Shown: piece after piece, positions 48,291 to 60,372 of the stretch
Numbering within the stretch: the first letter of the stretch is position 1
Layout: each line of letters begins with the position of its first letter
Assembly: GCA_023247725.1 (NCBI GenBank)
Contig: JAHFFW010000005.1
Span: 25,804-89,803, forward strand
Direction: 5' to 3'
Length of the DNA stretch: 64,000 nt
From: Candidatus Omnitrophota bacterium
GTDB lineage: Bacteria > Omnitrophota > Gorgyraeia > Zapsychrales > JAHFFX01
Translations under genes and position numbers: made by a program
The notes under the pieces: generated by a model
Seen by the model: only the letters and a program-made list of their open reading frames with translations
What the model was told of the DNA's origin: nothing
The model's database searches: none

Positions 48291-48902
48291 ATGAAAAGGT
48301 ATTGGCATATTTTAGTCATGCTCTTTGCCCTGGTTTTGGTCACGCATTGGAAGGCGCAGAGTGAGGTCAATATCGGCCGGCCGGCGCCGGATTTTTCTTT
48401 AAGTGACACGCAAGGAAAAAACTATAGTCTGTCCCAATACAAAGGCAAGTTCGTAGTCCTCGAATGGTTTAACTTTGATTGTCCATTTGTGGGCAAACAC
48501 TATAACAGTGGCAATATGCAGAACCTGCAGAAAATTTATAGGGACAAGGACGTCATTTGGCTCTCCATCAATTCTTCCGCAGCGGAAAAGGAAGGTTTTT
48601 ATCCTGCCGATGAGATCAACCGGATTGCTTTAGAAAAAGGAATGAGCTCAACCGCGATCTTACTGGATCCGCAAGGGAAGGTCGGAAAACTTTACGGTGC
48701 CAAAACGACTCCGCATATGTTTGTGATTAATCCCGAGGGAGAATTGATCTATCAGGGGGCCATTGATGACAAACCCAGCGTTGACCCCGCCGATATTGCG
48801 CTCGCCCAAAATTATGTTCAGGCTGCTTTGGATGCGGCCATGGCCGGCGAATCCGTTGTGGTTCCTTCCACGAAATCGTACGGCTGTTCCGTGAAGTATT
48901 AA
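48291..48902 (+). CDS. Exported thioredoxin / AhpC-TSA family protein
   Basis: APDFSL, LEWFNFDCPFV, AKTTPHMF, YGCSVKY. Confidence 0.9.
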   Translation: MKRYWHILVMLFALVLVTHWKAQSEVNIGRPAPDFSLSDTQGKNYSLSQYKGKFVVLEWFNFDCPFVGKHYNSGNMQNLQKIYRDKDVIWLSINSSAAEKEGFYPADEINRIALEKGMSSTAILLDPQGKVGKLYGAKTTPHMFVINPEGELIYQGAIDDKPSVDPADIALAQNYVQAALDAAMAGESVVVPSTKSYGCSVKY

Positions 48903-49000
48903 ACTGTCAATTGGAGAGAATTGAAGGGGGTTGAACTTGGGGCGGCGCCCGCTGGAAAAAAAACGAGGCGGGCGCCGCCCGCGTGTGGAATTTTGATTGA

Positions 49001-50641
<1,641 letters not shown>

Positions 50642-50782
50642 GGCCGTTGAAGTCAATAAAAAATTCACAACAACAATGGGCAGCTAAATACTTTATGCTA
50701 AAATACACGGTGTTCGATCGTAAGAACGTCAAAAGTATATTTTTTAGGCTTCATTGATAAAATGACTACAAAGGAGGGTCAT

Positions 50783-51247
50783 GTGTTCGGGCGATTGCTA
50801 CTAGGTTTATTGCTCATCCTTGGTATTTCTGGATGCGCCACCATGAAAAGAGATTCTTCGGCGACAGATCTGCAGGGAAGAGTGAATGAACTCGAGCGTC
50901 AGTTGGAGGAAAAAGACAATGATTTGGCTGATTTGAGAGATCAGATGCAGGGCCTTTCGGAAGAATTGAAATTGAAGCAGAATATGCGGCAACGCGGTGC
51001 CAAGGAAACCTCCAGTGGCCCTTCGGCCTTAAGCGCTTCCCGGGATGGTGCCATCCGCGTCAATGCCAGTGCCCAACAGGTCCAGACGGCCCTGCAAAAG
51101 GCAGGATTTTATTCTGGCCCGATTGACGGAAAGATCGGTGAGAAAACCCGGCGGGCTATTGCCGAATTTCAGAAATCCAATAACCTTAATCCCGACGGGG
51201 TTGTGGGTAAGAAAACCTGGATGGAATTAAAGACCTTTCTTGAGTAA
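50783..51247 (+). CDS. Lipoprotein with coiled coil and PG_binding_1 domain
   Basis: AAGGAGG RBS with GTG start; ISGC lipobox; QTAL..GFY.GPIDGKIG..T..A..FQ....DGVVG..T. Confidence 0.88.
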   Translation: MFGRLLLGLLLILGISGCATMKRDSSATDLQGRVNELERQLEEKDNDLADLRDQMQGLSEELKLKQNMRQRGAKETSSGPSALSASRDGAIRVNASAQQVQTALQKAGFYSGPIDGKIGEKTRRAIAEFQKSNNLNPDGVVGKKTWMELKTFLE

Positions 51248-51315
51248 GCCTTATTCTGCGCCCCGCCGTGGGCGGGGCGTAGGAGAATAGAATCTGATCA
51301 TTTGAGACCGAGTCC

Positions 51316-52122
51316 GTGGCGCACAAGACCGTAAGCATCATGGGTTGCGGCTGGCTGGGATTGCCGTTGGCAGAACATTTGCTGCGCTCTCACTATAAGG
51401 TGAAAGGTTCTACCACCACCCCCGCTAAAATCCCCTTGTTACAAAAAAAGGGCATTGAGCCCTATCTCATCAGCTGTGATCCACAGATTTCTGCCCTCGA
51501 CATCGATTCATTTTTGGAAACCGATGTCCTTTTTGTGAATATCCCTTTCCGAAAAAACCTCGCCGAACCGAATTTTTACCGGCAGCAAATGGAAGCCATT
51601 CTTTTGAATTTGGAAATTGCGCCGGTGGCTCAAGTCATCTTTGCCAGCTCCACCTCGGTTTATCCGCAAACAAACAGTGCGGTGAGCGAGGACACTGATT
51701 TTATCCCCGCGACCGAACGGGCTCAGATCCTGCGTGAGATTGAAGAGCGCTTTGTATCGGAATCGTCGGCCACGATCATCCGTTTCGGTGGTCTGTACGG
51801 GCCCGACCGCATTCCAGGAGCCCATATCAAAGCCGGCCCGATCGAAGGGGCCCAGACCCCGGTCAATCTCATTCATCGGGATGATTGTGTGAATATTATC
51901 TGCGAAGTCATCCAGTTGGATTGTCGGGGGGAAATCTTTAACGCCTGCGCCGACGAGCATCCCACCCGAAAAGAACTTTACGACCATTGGGCGCAAAAGA
52001 CCGGGAGGTTGCCTCCAGTATTCTCTGATCCTCAAAAGGCAACCTCTTATAAAATCGTGAGCAATGAAAAGCTCAAGCGAAGATTCAGCTACAGCTATCA
52101 GCACCCCAATCCATTGGAATAA
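51316..52122 (+). CDS. NAD(P)-dependent epimerase/SDR (YeeZ-like)
   Basis: GCGWLG, SSTSVY, RFGGLYGP, NLIHRDD. Confidence 0.88.
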   Translation: MAHKTVSIMGCGWLGLPLAEHLLRSHYKVKGSTTTPAKIPLLQKKGIEPYLISCDPQISALDIDSFLETDVLFVNIPFRKNLAEPNFYRQQMEAILLNLEIAPVAQVIFASSTSVYPQTNSAVSEDTDFIPATERAQILREIEERFVSESSATIIRFGGLYGPDRIPGAHIKAGPIEGAQTPVNLIHRDDCVNIICEVIQLDCRGEIFNACADEHPTRKELYDHWAQKTGRLPPVFSDPQKATSYKIVSNEKLKRRFSYSYQHPNPLE

Positions 52123-52148
52123 TTCTGTTCTATCCTTTGGTCGTGAAC

Positions 52149-53090
52149 ATGAGCCTTTCTGTCTTGACGGTGAATTTAAATCCGGCCATTGATGATTTGA
52201 TCCGGGTTGAGAATTTCGCCGCAGGAAAGGACTATCGGATCAGGGCCGCTCATGCAACGGCCGGAGGAAAGGCCATCAATGTCAGCCGAACCCTTCAATG
52301 TTTTGGTGTGAAGAGTTTGATCACAGGCTTGATTGGTGGCACGAATGGAAAAAAACTCCAATGGCTTTTGGATCGGGAAAGTTTACCCCATGCGTTTTTC
52401 CCTGCCGACGGAGAAACGAGAACCAACATCACGATCTTTGATCTTAAGAATCATGCAACAACGAGATTGATTGAGCCGGGTCCCGTTGTTTCAGCGAAAA
52501 CCAGTGTATTATTCACGTCGAAATTGAGTCAACTTTTGGTAAGATGTTCCTGGGTCGTGTGCTCGGGAAGCCTGCCGCCGGGAATCGCAGACGGGTTTTA
52601 CGCGACCCTGCTGCGGCGAGCCAGAAAAGCCGGCCGGCTAACGGCCGTCGACACGAGCGGACCGGCGCTCGTCGCGAGTGTGAGGGCTTTTCCGGATTTA
52701 TTGAAGATCAATCAGAGAGAAACGGAATTCCTTTTGGGCCACAAGCTTTCTTCCTTAAAAGCCATTAAGGAGGCGGCGACTCAATTAAGGTCCTTTGTGG
52801 GGTGGGCGGTCATCATTTCTTTAGCCGCCCAAGGCGCGGTGGGTTTTGACGGCAAAACGATCATTTGGGCTATGCCGCCGGAATTAAAACGGCATTCCCC
52901 TGCCGTGGGCTGTGGGGATGCTCTCCTCGGTGCCTTTATTGCGGCTTCTATGGAGAAACAAAGTTTTGCCGAAGCCTTGAGGCAGGGGGTTGCGGCAGGG
53001 TCCGCGAGTATTCTGGGGACTTTACCAGGATTTTTCCGGCGGAAGGATTTTCAAAGAATCTCGGCAAAAGTTCAACTCAAATTGCTTTAA
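52149..53090 (+). CDS. 1-phosphofructokinase-family (PfkB) kinase
   Basis: NPAID, GGKAINVS, SGSLPPG, DTSG, VGCGD. Confidence 0.9.
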   Translation: MSLSVLTVNLNPAIDDLIRVENFAAGKDYRIRAAHATAGGKAINVSRTLQCFGVKSLITGLIGGTNGKKLQWLLDRESLPHAFFPADGETRTNITIFDLKNHATTRLIEPGPVVSAKTSVLFTSKLSQLLVRCSWVVCSGSLPPGIADGFYATLLRRARKAGRLTAVDTSGPALVASVRAFPDLLKINQRETEFLLGHKLSSLKAIKEAATQLRSFVGWAVIISLAAQGAVGFDGKTIIWAMPPELKRHSPAVGCGDALLGAFIAASMEKQSFAEALRQGVAAGSASILGTLPGFFRRKDFQRISAKVQLKLL

Positions 53091-53097
53091 ATTTTCC

Positions 53098-55569
53098 ATG
53101 ACGAAAAAGAAAAATATTCTCCCGTGGTCGGTCATCCAGCAGGACATGACCAGAGAAGGCATCAAATCCTCCTTCTTGATGAATCGGATGTTCACCCTTG
53201 CCAAAGATGAATATTCCTCGACGGAATATGATGAGTATTGGGCCCTGGCGATTGCCATCCGCGATCGTCTGGTCGAACGCTGGATCAAGACCCAGCAACG
53301 CTACCATAAACAAAATCTCAAACGGGTTTATTACCTGTCCATGGAATTTTTGATCGGACGTCTTTTGGGTAATAACATCATCAACCTGGGGCTATGGGAG
53401 GAAGTGGCATCCGCCATGGAAGATTTGGGCTATGACATCACGGATTTGCGCGAGATTGAAGTGGATGCCGGATTAGGCAACGGCGGCCTGGGGAGACTCG
53501 CCGCGTGTTATTTGGATTCTATGGCGACGTTAGGAATCCCGGCCCACGGTTATGGGATTCGTTACGAGTACGGCATTTTTAACCAAAAGATTGAAAACGG
53601 TTATCAGATCGAACGGCCGGATGAATGGCTCACCAAAGGTAATCCCTGGGAATTCATTCGTCCGGAGTATACCGTCAAGGTGCATTTTTATGGCCGTCCG
53701 CACATGTATCAGGATGAAAAGGCGAGACTCTGCTTCAAATGGATTGATACTCAGGATGTGCTTGCCGTCCCATATGATATTCCGGTTCCGGGTTACAAAA
53801 ACGATGTGGTCAATACGCTGCGGCTCTGGTCGGCCCGCAGCAGCGAGGAATTCGATTTCGATTATTTTAACGACGGGGATTATGAGCAGGCGGTCATGCA
53901 GAAGGTCCATTCTGAAAATATCGCCAAGGTCCTTTATCCTAATGATGAAGTCAGTCAAGGCCGGGAATTGCGTTTAAAGCAGGAATATTTTTTTACGGCG
54001 GCTTCCATTGCCGATATCATCCGGCGGTTTAAGGTGGAAAATATGGATATTCGCGAATTTCCCAACAAGGCTGCCATTCATTTGAATGACACCCATCCGG
54101 CATTGGCCGTGGTGGAATTGATGCGGCTATTGCTGGACGAATTTTTTCTGGATTGGGACACCGCCTGGGACATCACGACCCGAACCTTTGCTTATACCAA
54201 CCATACGATTATGCCCGAGGCCTTGGAATGCTGGCCGGTGCCCTTGGTGGACCGCGTTCTACCGCGGCATTTGCAGATCATTTATGAAATCAATATGAGA
54301 TTTTTGCAGGAAGTCGCCAATCAATTCCCCGGCGAGCCAGGACGATTGCGGCGGATGTCCATCATTGATGAGGGCGATCCTAAAAAAATCCGGATGGCTT
54401 ATTTGTCGATTATTGCCAGTCATTCGGTCAACGGCGTTTCCCGCTTGCATACAGAACTCTTGCAGACCAAATTGTTCAAAGATTTTTATGACATCGACCC
54501 GGCCAAATTCAACAACAAAACCAATGGCATCACGCCCCGACGCTGGCTGCTTAAGGCCAACCCCGGGCTTTCGCAACTCATCACCGAATCGATCGGCGAG
54601 AACTGGCCGACGCATCTTCAGGAATTAAAAAATTTGGAACCGTTTAAGCATCATTCTTCCTTCGTTACTCAATGGCGCCGGATCAAGGAAGACAATAAAA
54701 AGCAGTTCGCGGAGTACATCCACCAAACCATGAAAATTTCGGTGGACCCGCAGTCCATTTTTGATGTGCAGGTCAAACGCATTCATGAATACAAGCGCCA
54801 GCTTCTGTTCGCTTTTTACATCATCGCTCAATATCTAAGGGCCAAAAACGATGCCAAGGCGAGCGTCTATCCGCGCACCTTCATTGTCGGCGGCAAGGCG
54901 GCGCCGGGATATTTTACGGCGAAGCTCATTATCAAATTCTTTAATAGCGTCGCGGACGTCGTGAACAATGACAAGGCGGTTAAACAGAAATTGAAGGTCG
55001 TCTTCATGGAGAATTACCGGGTTTCTCTGGCGGAAAAGATTTTCCCCGGCAGTGATCTGTCAGAACAGATTTCGACCGCTGGCACCGAGGCCTCGGGTAC
55101 TGGTAATATGAAATTTATGATCAATGGGGCTTTGACGATCGGAACCTGGGATGGTGCCAACATCGAAATCGCCCAGGCCGTCGGGCAGGACCATATCTTC
55201 ATCTTCGGTCACAAAATCGACGAGATTGAACGCCTGAGGATGGCGGGATACAATCCCAAAGATTTTGTCAATCGCTCGCCGATTCTGGCGGAGATTTTTC
55301 ATTTGATCAATACGAATTTCTTCGCTCCCTATGAGCCGGGGATTTTTAGTCCGCTGGTTCATTCGGTTTATCATTATGATCCGTTTTTGATTTGTGCGGA
55401 TTTCGACAGTTATTGCACGGTGCAAAATACCGTCGAGCAGGTTTATCAGGACGAAACGGAGTGGGCGAAGCGCTCGATCGTCAATGTGGCTCACTGCGGA
55501 AAATTCAGCAGCGATCGCGCGGTCGAAGAGTATGCCCGGGAGATTTGGGGAATTCCACTTGTTAAGTAA
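53098..55569 (+). CDS. glgP: Glycogen phosphorylase
   Basis: GLGNGGLGRLAAC, LNDTHP, KRIHEYKRQ, EASGTGNMK. Confidence 0.97.
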   Translation: MTKKKNILPWSVIQQDMTREGIKSSFLMNRMFTLAKDEYSSTEYDEYWALAIAIRDRLVERWIKTQQRYHKQNLKRVYYLSMEFLIGRLLGNNIINLGLWEEVASAMEDLGYDITDLREIEVDAGLGNGGLGRLAACYLDSMATLGIPAHGYGIRYEYGIFNQKIENGYQIERPDEWLTKGNPWEFIRPEYTVKVHFYGRPHMYQDEKARLCFKWIDTQDVLAVPYDIPVPGYKNDVVNTLRLWSARSSEEFDFDYFNDGDYEQAVMQKVHSENIAKVLYPNDEVSQGRELRLKQEYFFTAASIADIIRRFKVENMDIREFPNKAAIHLNDTHPALAVVELMRLLLDEFFLDWDTAWDITTRTFAYTNHTIMPEALECWPVPLVDRVLPRHLQIIYEINMRFLQEVANQFPGEPGRLRRMSIIDEGDPKKIRMAYLSIIASHSVNGVSRLHTELLQTKLFKDFYDIDPAKFNNKTNGITPRRWLLKANPGLSQLITESIGENWPTHLQELKNLEPFKHHSSFVTQWRRIKEDNKKQFAEYIHQTMKISVDPQSIFDVQVKRIHEYKRQLLFAFYIIAQYLRAKNDAKASVYPRTFIVGGKAAPGYFTAKLIIKFFNSVADVVNNDKAVKQKLKVVFMENYRVSLAEKIFPGSDLSEQISTAGTEASGTGNMKFMINGALTIGTWDGANIEIAQAVGQDHIFIFGHKIDEIERLRMAGYNPKDFVNRSPILAEIFHLINTNFFAPYEPGIFSPLVHSVYHYDPFLICADFDSYCTVQNTVEQVYQDETEWAKRSIVNVAHCGKFSSDRAVEEYAREIWGIPLVK

Positions 55570-55624
55570 ATTTTGAAAATCAAAACTCATTCCTACCCGG
55601 TCACCGAACAATGAGAGGGACCTC

Positions 55625-56290
55625 ATGCAAAAATCAAGACCAACACTCAAAGACGCCCTTGCCGAAATCAATCGCCAATCTTTGGAGAACCTGACCGATA
55701 CGGCTTTGCGGGAGCTTGCTGTCCAAAGCAGCAAAGAATTCAAATTGTCCTGGGTTCATCTGGGACGAGTCCTTTATTCGGTGTGGAAGGACAAACTTTT
55801 TCGAGCGTGGGGCTACGAAAAGTTTGAGACCTACATTGCCAAGGAGGTCGGAATCCGCAAGGCGACCGCAGTGAAATTGCTCCGTTCCTATTTTTTTCTG
55901 GAGAAAGAAGAGCCCGAATACCTCAAGGAAGAATTCTCCCAAGAAAGAGAAGCCGCCCAGGTGCCCACCTACGATGCCGTGAATGTTTTACGGCTCGCGC
56001 GGGAGAAAAAAGATTTGACCCCGCCCGATTATATGAAATTAAAAAAATCGGTTTTCGAAAGTGGCAAAGATGCAACCGCCGTGCGCAAGGATCTGACGAG
56101 CTTGATCCGACAGCGTCAACCGATGGATCCCGACGAAGAACGGCAAAAACGCAGTGAGGTGGTCGTTCGTCGATTGGTCAACGCCTTCCGTTCCTTTAAA
56201 AAAGATGCCCAAACTTTGAGCCTTCTGCCGACGCATTTGATTCGGGAGGCAGAGGAGCTGATTCAAAAAATCGAGCGGGCGACGCTGTGA
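55625..56290 (+). CDS. Hypothetical helical protein, possibly DNA-binding
   Basis: GAGG RBS; WGY..FE.Y..KE.GIR..TA.KL pattern. Confidence 0.75.
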   Translation: MQKSRPTLKDALAEINRQSLENLTDTALRELAVQSSKEFKLSWVHLGRVLYSVWKDKLFRAWGYEKFETYIAKEVGIRKATAVKLLRSYFFLEKEEPEYLKEEFSQEREAAQVPTYDAVNVLRLAREKKDLTPPDYMKLKKSVFESGKDATAVRKDLTSLIRQRQPMDPDEERQKRSEVVVRRLVNAFRSFKKDAQTLSLLPTHLIREAEELIQKIERATL

Positions 56291-56428
56291 GTGGAGTGCC
56301 ACCTCGATAACCTTTCCAGCCTTTTAGTCTTCTTTTAAAAAAGTCAAATTTTCCCTATCCCCGTCCCGTTTAAGCCTTAAAATAATGCTATACTTTTATT
56401 AAAATCCGCATCTTGATTGGGAGGGAAG

Positions 56429-56794
56429 ATGCCCCAAAAGATTCTTATTATCGACGACGATTTATTAAATGTGAAATTGCTCAAAACCCGCCTCGAATCC
56501 AATCATTATGAGGTTATTACTGCCGCCAACGGGGAAGAAGGTTTACAAAAGGTGGTCAAGGAAAAACCCGATGCCATCATTCTGGATGTGCAAATGCCCA
56601 AAATGAATGGCTATACATTTATGCTGGAATTCCGTAAACTGGGAGATGTCTCGATGATTCCGGTCATCGTTTTAACGGCCCATGGAGAAATGCAACCTAT
56701 TTTTACCTTGAAAGGTGTTCGCGGCTACATTGTGAAGCCCATTCAATTTGAATTGCTTTTTGAGAAATTGAATTCACTTTTGGGACCGCCTTAA
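56429..56794 (+). CDS. Single-domain response regulator
   Basis: LIIDDD, LDVQMP, LTA, KP. Confidence 0.93.
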   Translation: MPQKILIIDDDLLNVKLLKTRLESNHYEVITAANGEEGLQKVVKEKPDAIILDVQMPKMNGYTFMLEFRKLGDVSMIPVIVLTAHGEMQPIFTLKGVRGYIVKPIQFELLFEKLNSLLGPP

Positions 56795-56848
56795 CCCGAG
56801 CGGATGCTCATTGGTAGCGGTACTGTTTTTTTAAAAAAGGATGACGCC

Positions 56849-57701
56849 TTGCCAGACTCGAAGGAAATCCCCTTTTTACTGAAACTTCTTGATGATGAAT
56901 CGGAATTTGTATTGAAAGAGGTTCACAAAGCCTTATCGGCCTTCGTGCCCTGGATTAAGAGACGAACTGGCCAGGATTTCTGACCCGCTCAATTCCCGCC
57001 AAAAACAGGCCCTCATTAAAGTTTTGGAAGTCCATAATCGAAACTGGCTCAAAAGTGTCTGGGGGCAGTGGTTTGAATTGGAATTGGAAAAAGATAAACT
57101 CGAGCGGGCCTTGACCTTTCTGGCGCAATTTCAGTGTGGACTTCCCTTAAAAACGTCCTTGAAACAATTATTGGATCAGCTCGCCGAAGAATTCACCTCC
57201 ATGAATATCAAGAAAGATTCTTATGGCCTGGCCTATTTCCTTTTTGAAATCAAAAGGCTTAAAGGCGCCAAAACCGATTATGACAATCCCCAGAATAGCA
57301 ATTTGATTTATGTCATTCGCGAGCGAAGAGGAATTCCCATCAGTCTGGTGTGCGTCTATATGCTCGTGGCTAGCCGTCTGGGGCTCGTCGTGGAAGGTTG
57401 CAATTTCCCCGGGCATTTTCTAGCCAGGATTGAATTCAACGGACAAAAAGTCCTCGTGGATTGTTTTCGCGGCGGCAAGATTCTGGGAGAAAAAGATTTG
57501 GCCGAGCTTCATTCTGGCAGCCCATCTTTTTTGGATGAAGGATTGCAAGAAGGGGCCAGCGTCGAAACGATCATCGCCCGAGTTTTAGGGAATCTGATTC
57601 GGGCCTATGATCGGGCTGGGAATTTTGCGGACAGCCAGCTCATGGCAGAGCTCTTGAGCGGTTTGGAATCAATCCAGGTGCGAATGAAGACCCACCATTA
57701 A
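56849..57701 (+). pseudogene. SirB1 / transglutaminase-like protein, frameshifted near 56945-56951
   Basis: Upstream frame LLKLLDDESEFV..ALSAF joins GLRDELAR..; core NSNL..V...RGIPISL, NFPGHFL. Confidence 0.75.
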
Positions 57702-57750
57702 GCTGACCGCGGCGAAATCCCATCCGTTTTAGAAAAAAATTTAAAAATTC

Positions 57751-57778
57751 TTGACACCACACATCGGGGTGGTAACAT
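57751..57778 (+). promoter_or_regulatory. lexA promoter with palindrome in the spacer
   Basis: TTGACA-16-TAACAT with extended -10 TG; ACCACAC-ATCG-GGGTGGT overlaps both hexamers. Confidence 0.65.
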
Positions 57779-57784
57779 GGGCCC

Positions 57785-58387
57785 ATGAATGAAAAGCCCC
57801 AACTGACGCAAAAACAAAAAGAGATCCTCAAGTACATTTATAATGCAATCCGCACGACTCATCTTCCTCCTACCTTAAGAGAAATCGGGGCCCATTTTGG
57901 TTTCTCTTCAACGGGTACGGTCCGCGATCATCTGAAGGCCTTGGTTAAAAAAGGGTATATCCGGATTTCGGCTAACAAATCTCGGGCGATTGAATTGCTC
58001 AAAGAGCGCCTGTTTTCCTTTCCGATCTTAGGAAAAATTCAGGCGGGGTTACCCCATCTGGCCGTCGAGAATATCGAAGGGTATCTCGATTTGAACAGTC
58101 TGGTCTTTTCTGATGACAGCATTTTTGCCTTGCGAGTCCGGGGGGACAGCATGCAGGAAGCCGGCATCATGCCGGATGATCTGGTCCTTGTCAAAAAACA
58201 ATCCATGGCGCAGGTGGGAGAAACAGTCGTCGCCTTGGTTGGGGAAGAGGCCACGGTCAAACGGCTGCGCCGAAAAGGCGAGAAATACTTTCTAGAACCA
58301 GCCAATCCGCGCTATGAACCCATCGCCGTCAATGGCGAGGTCGCGATTGTCGGCAAGGTGATTAGCGTGATCCGCCGGTATCGTTGA
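57785..58387 (+). CDS. lexA: LexA repressor
   Basis: PPTLREIG wHTH, AG cleavage site, GDSM serine, ATVK lysine. Confidence 0.96.
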   Translation: MNEKPQLTQKQKEILKYIYNAIRTTHLPPTLREIGAHFGFSSTGTVRDHLKALVKKGYIRISANKSRAIELLKERLFSFPILGKIQAGLPHLAVENIEGYLDLNSLVFSDDSIFALRVRGDSMQEAGIMPDDLVLVKKQSMAQVGETVVALVGEEATVKRLRRKGEKYFLEPANPRYEPIAVNGEVAIVGKVISVIRRYR

Positions 58388-58410
58388 TCTCTTCCCAGAA
58401 TGTCAAATCC

Positions 58411-58457
58411 GGGCGCCAACCACGCCGACAACTTTTTTCGGGGCGTGGTTGGCGCCC
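58411..58457. repeat. 16-bp GC-rich inverted repeat after lexA (terminator-like or REP-like)
   Basis: GGGCGCCAACCACGCC...GGCGTGGTTGGCGCCC. Confidence 0.7.
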
Positions 58458-58538
58458 CCGCGCATTTTTAGTTTTTCCTTAAACAGCAAACAGATTTTCC
58501 CTTGAGAAGGGAGCGTCTAGGATGTACAATTTTGTCCT

Positions 58539-59216
58539 ATGGGACGGATGTTTGTCTTTTTCGTTTTCTTCTTTGTTTGTCCTGCGCTGATCAGAGCCCA
58601 GCCGGATTCGACTTCTCCTGTTCGCTATGTTGCCGTCGGCGATTCCTATACCATGGGAGAAGGGGCCGATCTTAAGGGAAGCTGGCCGGTCATCTTGACC
58701 TTGCATTTGCAGCGGCAGGGTGTCCCTATCCAGTTAAAAAAAATCCTCGCCCGCACCGGCTGGGCCACCTCCGAAGCCATCGTTTATGCCCTGCCAGGTT
58801 TTCAGGAATTAAAACCCAATTTCGCCACCTTGATGATCGGGGTTAATGACTGGGTCCGAGGCGTAAGCCCGGAAGAATTCCGCAAGCGCCTCGCCATTCT
58901 CATAGACCAGATGCTCAAAAGCCTCCCGGATAAAAAAAATCTCGTCGTCGTGACGATTCCCAACTTTTCGGTGACTCCTTCCGCCAAGCAATATGCCCGC
59001 GGTCGGGATATTGCCGCCGGCTTATCGGCATTTAATGCCATCATCAAATCCGAAGCGGCGTTGCGGCATTTGGAAGTCGTCGATATTTTTCCAGTTTCTC
59101 AGGAGATGCAAAATGATTCGACGCTCGTGGCCGAGGATGGGTTGCATCCTTCCGCCCGCGAGTATGCGTTATGGGAACAGTGGATTTTTCCCGCCGCGTA
59201 TGGCATTCTTAAGTAA
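58539..59216 (+). CDS. Secreted SGNH/GDSL hydrolase
   Basis: GDSYT, IGVND, DGLHP. Confidence 0.92.
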   Translation: MGRMFVFFVFFFVCPALIRAQPDSTSPVRYVAVGDSYTMGEGADLKGSWPVILTLHLQRQGVPIQLKKILARTGWATSEAIVYALPGFQELKPNFATLMIGVNDWVRGVSPEEFRKRLAILIDQMLKSLPDKKNLVVVTIPNFSVTPSAKQYARGRDIAAGLSAFNAIIKSEAALRHLEVVDIFPVSQEMQNDSTLVAEDGLHPSAREYALWEQWIFPAAYGILK

Positions 59217-59220
59217 ATCC

Positions 59221-60339
59221 ATGACCATTGCCGAAAAAATAAGAGTCGTCAAAATTCCAGAGGCCCGATTCCGATCCAGAGTGAATCGGATTTTGGAGGC
59301 CTTGGTGGTGGCGGGCTTAGCCATCTCACTTTCTTTGGCCAGCTATTTGATTTGGGAAAATTACAAGGAATGGTATCAAAGGCGCCTCGTGGCCCGCATC
59401 TTGCCGACGACGCATTGGGTTCAAAAATCGATTCCCGTCTATTTGGTCAATTACCGGGAGTTGATTCGGATCAATCTCAATGGCCTTGGGACACAAAAAG
59501 TCCTGTCCACCTCCGAACCAATCCGGGATGGAATCTTTTCTCCGGATGGAAAAAATCTTTTGGTCGCCGCTGGCCAGGAGCTGATTCTGGTGGATCTGAA
59601 AAGTTTAAAATCGTCTGTCATCGATTCTCTGGAATTGCCCAAGGATTCCCAGGATCTGAAAGGAGCATTCGCAACCATATCCTGGGACCGTGAGGGAAAA
59701 AAGATTCTTTATAAGATCACCCGTTGGTCGAAAGTGGCTTCCATGGAGCAGTGGGCTATTTACGATCTCCAGAAAAAGGAAAAAAAATCTTTAGAGGCCC
59801 TCCAGTCCGGAATCTATGAAATCCTTTGGGATTGGGAAGGGAAGAATCTCTATTATGTCCGATTTCAAAAGAGGAAAGAAGGTCAAAGGATCGTCAAGAT
59901 TTACCGGATTGCTCTTTCCGATCTTAAGCCGCAATTGGCGGCTACGCTTAAAGACGAGGCGTTGAGTCTTTCTGCCGTCGATCTCAAAAAAGAAGCGTTC
60001 CAATTGTATAAACCGGTGCAGGGATTAAGCTTCAAAAAGAAAAATTCGCTGTCCTTATCGGCCTTATCCGAAAAAGGAAACAGGGCTGGCCTGGACACAT
60101 CGAATTATTTATACTATCAGGACAAAAAGGGCAAAAGGAAACGAGTGTTAGAACTGCCGCGCGCCTCCAAATGGGAATTTATGGCCTTGGATTATTTGGA
60201 TTGGGTCCCGGCTTCGGATCTTTTGCTCTTAGCGCACCGGACTCAAGGAATTTTGCTTTACGATCTTTCTTCGCGGAAGGTAGGGCGCTTGATTGATATG
60301 CATGTGGACGCCGTGGGCTGGCCGCCCTTTCATCACTGA
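59221..60339 (+). CDS. Membrane-anchored TolB-like beta-propeller protein
   Basis: One TM helix; FSPDGK, WDREGK, WDWEGK blade motifs. Confidence 0.7.
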   Translation: MTIAEKIRVVKIPEARFRSRVNRILEALVVAGLAISLSLASYLIWENYKEWYQRRLVARILPTTHWVQKSIPVYLVNYRELIRINLNGLGTQKVLSTSEPIRDGIFSPDGKNLLVAAGQELILVDLKSLKSSVIDSLELPKDSQDLKGAFATISWDREGKKILYKITRWSKVASMEQWAIYDLQKKEKKSLEALQSGIYEILWDWEGKNLYYVRFQKRKEGQRIVKIYRIALSDLKPQLAATLKDEALSLSAVDLKKEAFQLYKPVQGLSFKKKNSLSLSALSEKGNRAGLDTSNYLYYQDKKGKRKRVLELPRASKWEFMALDYLDWVPASDLLLLAHRTQGILLYDLSSRKVGRLIDMHVDAVGWPPFHH

Positions 60340-60372
60340 CCAACGCATCGGTTATAGTACTCGTCTTATCCC

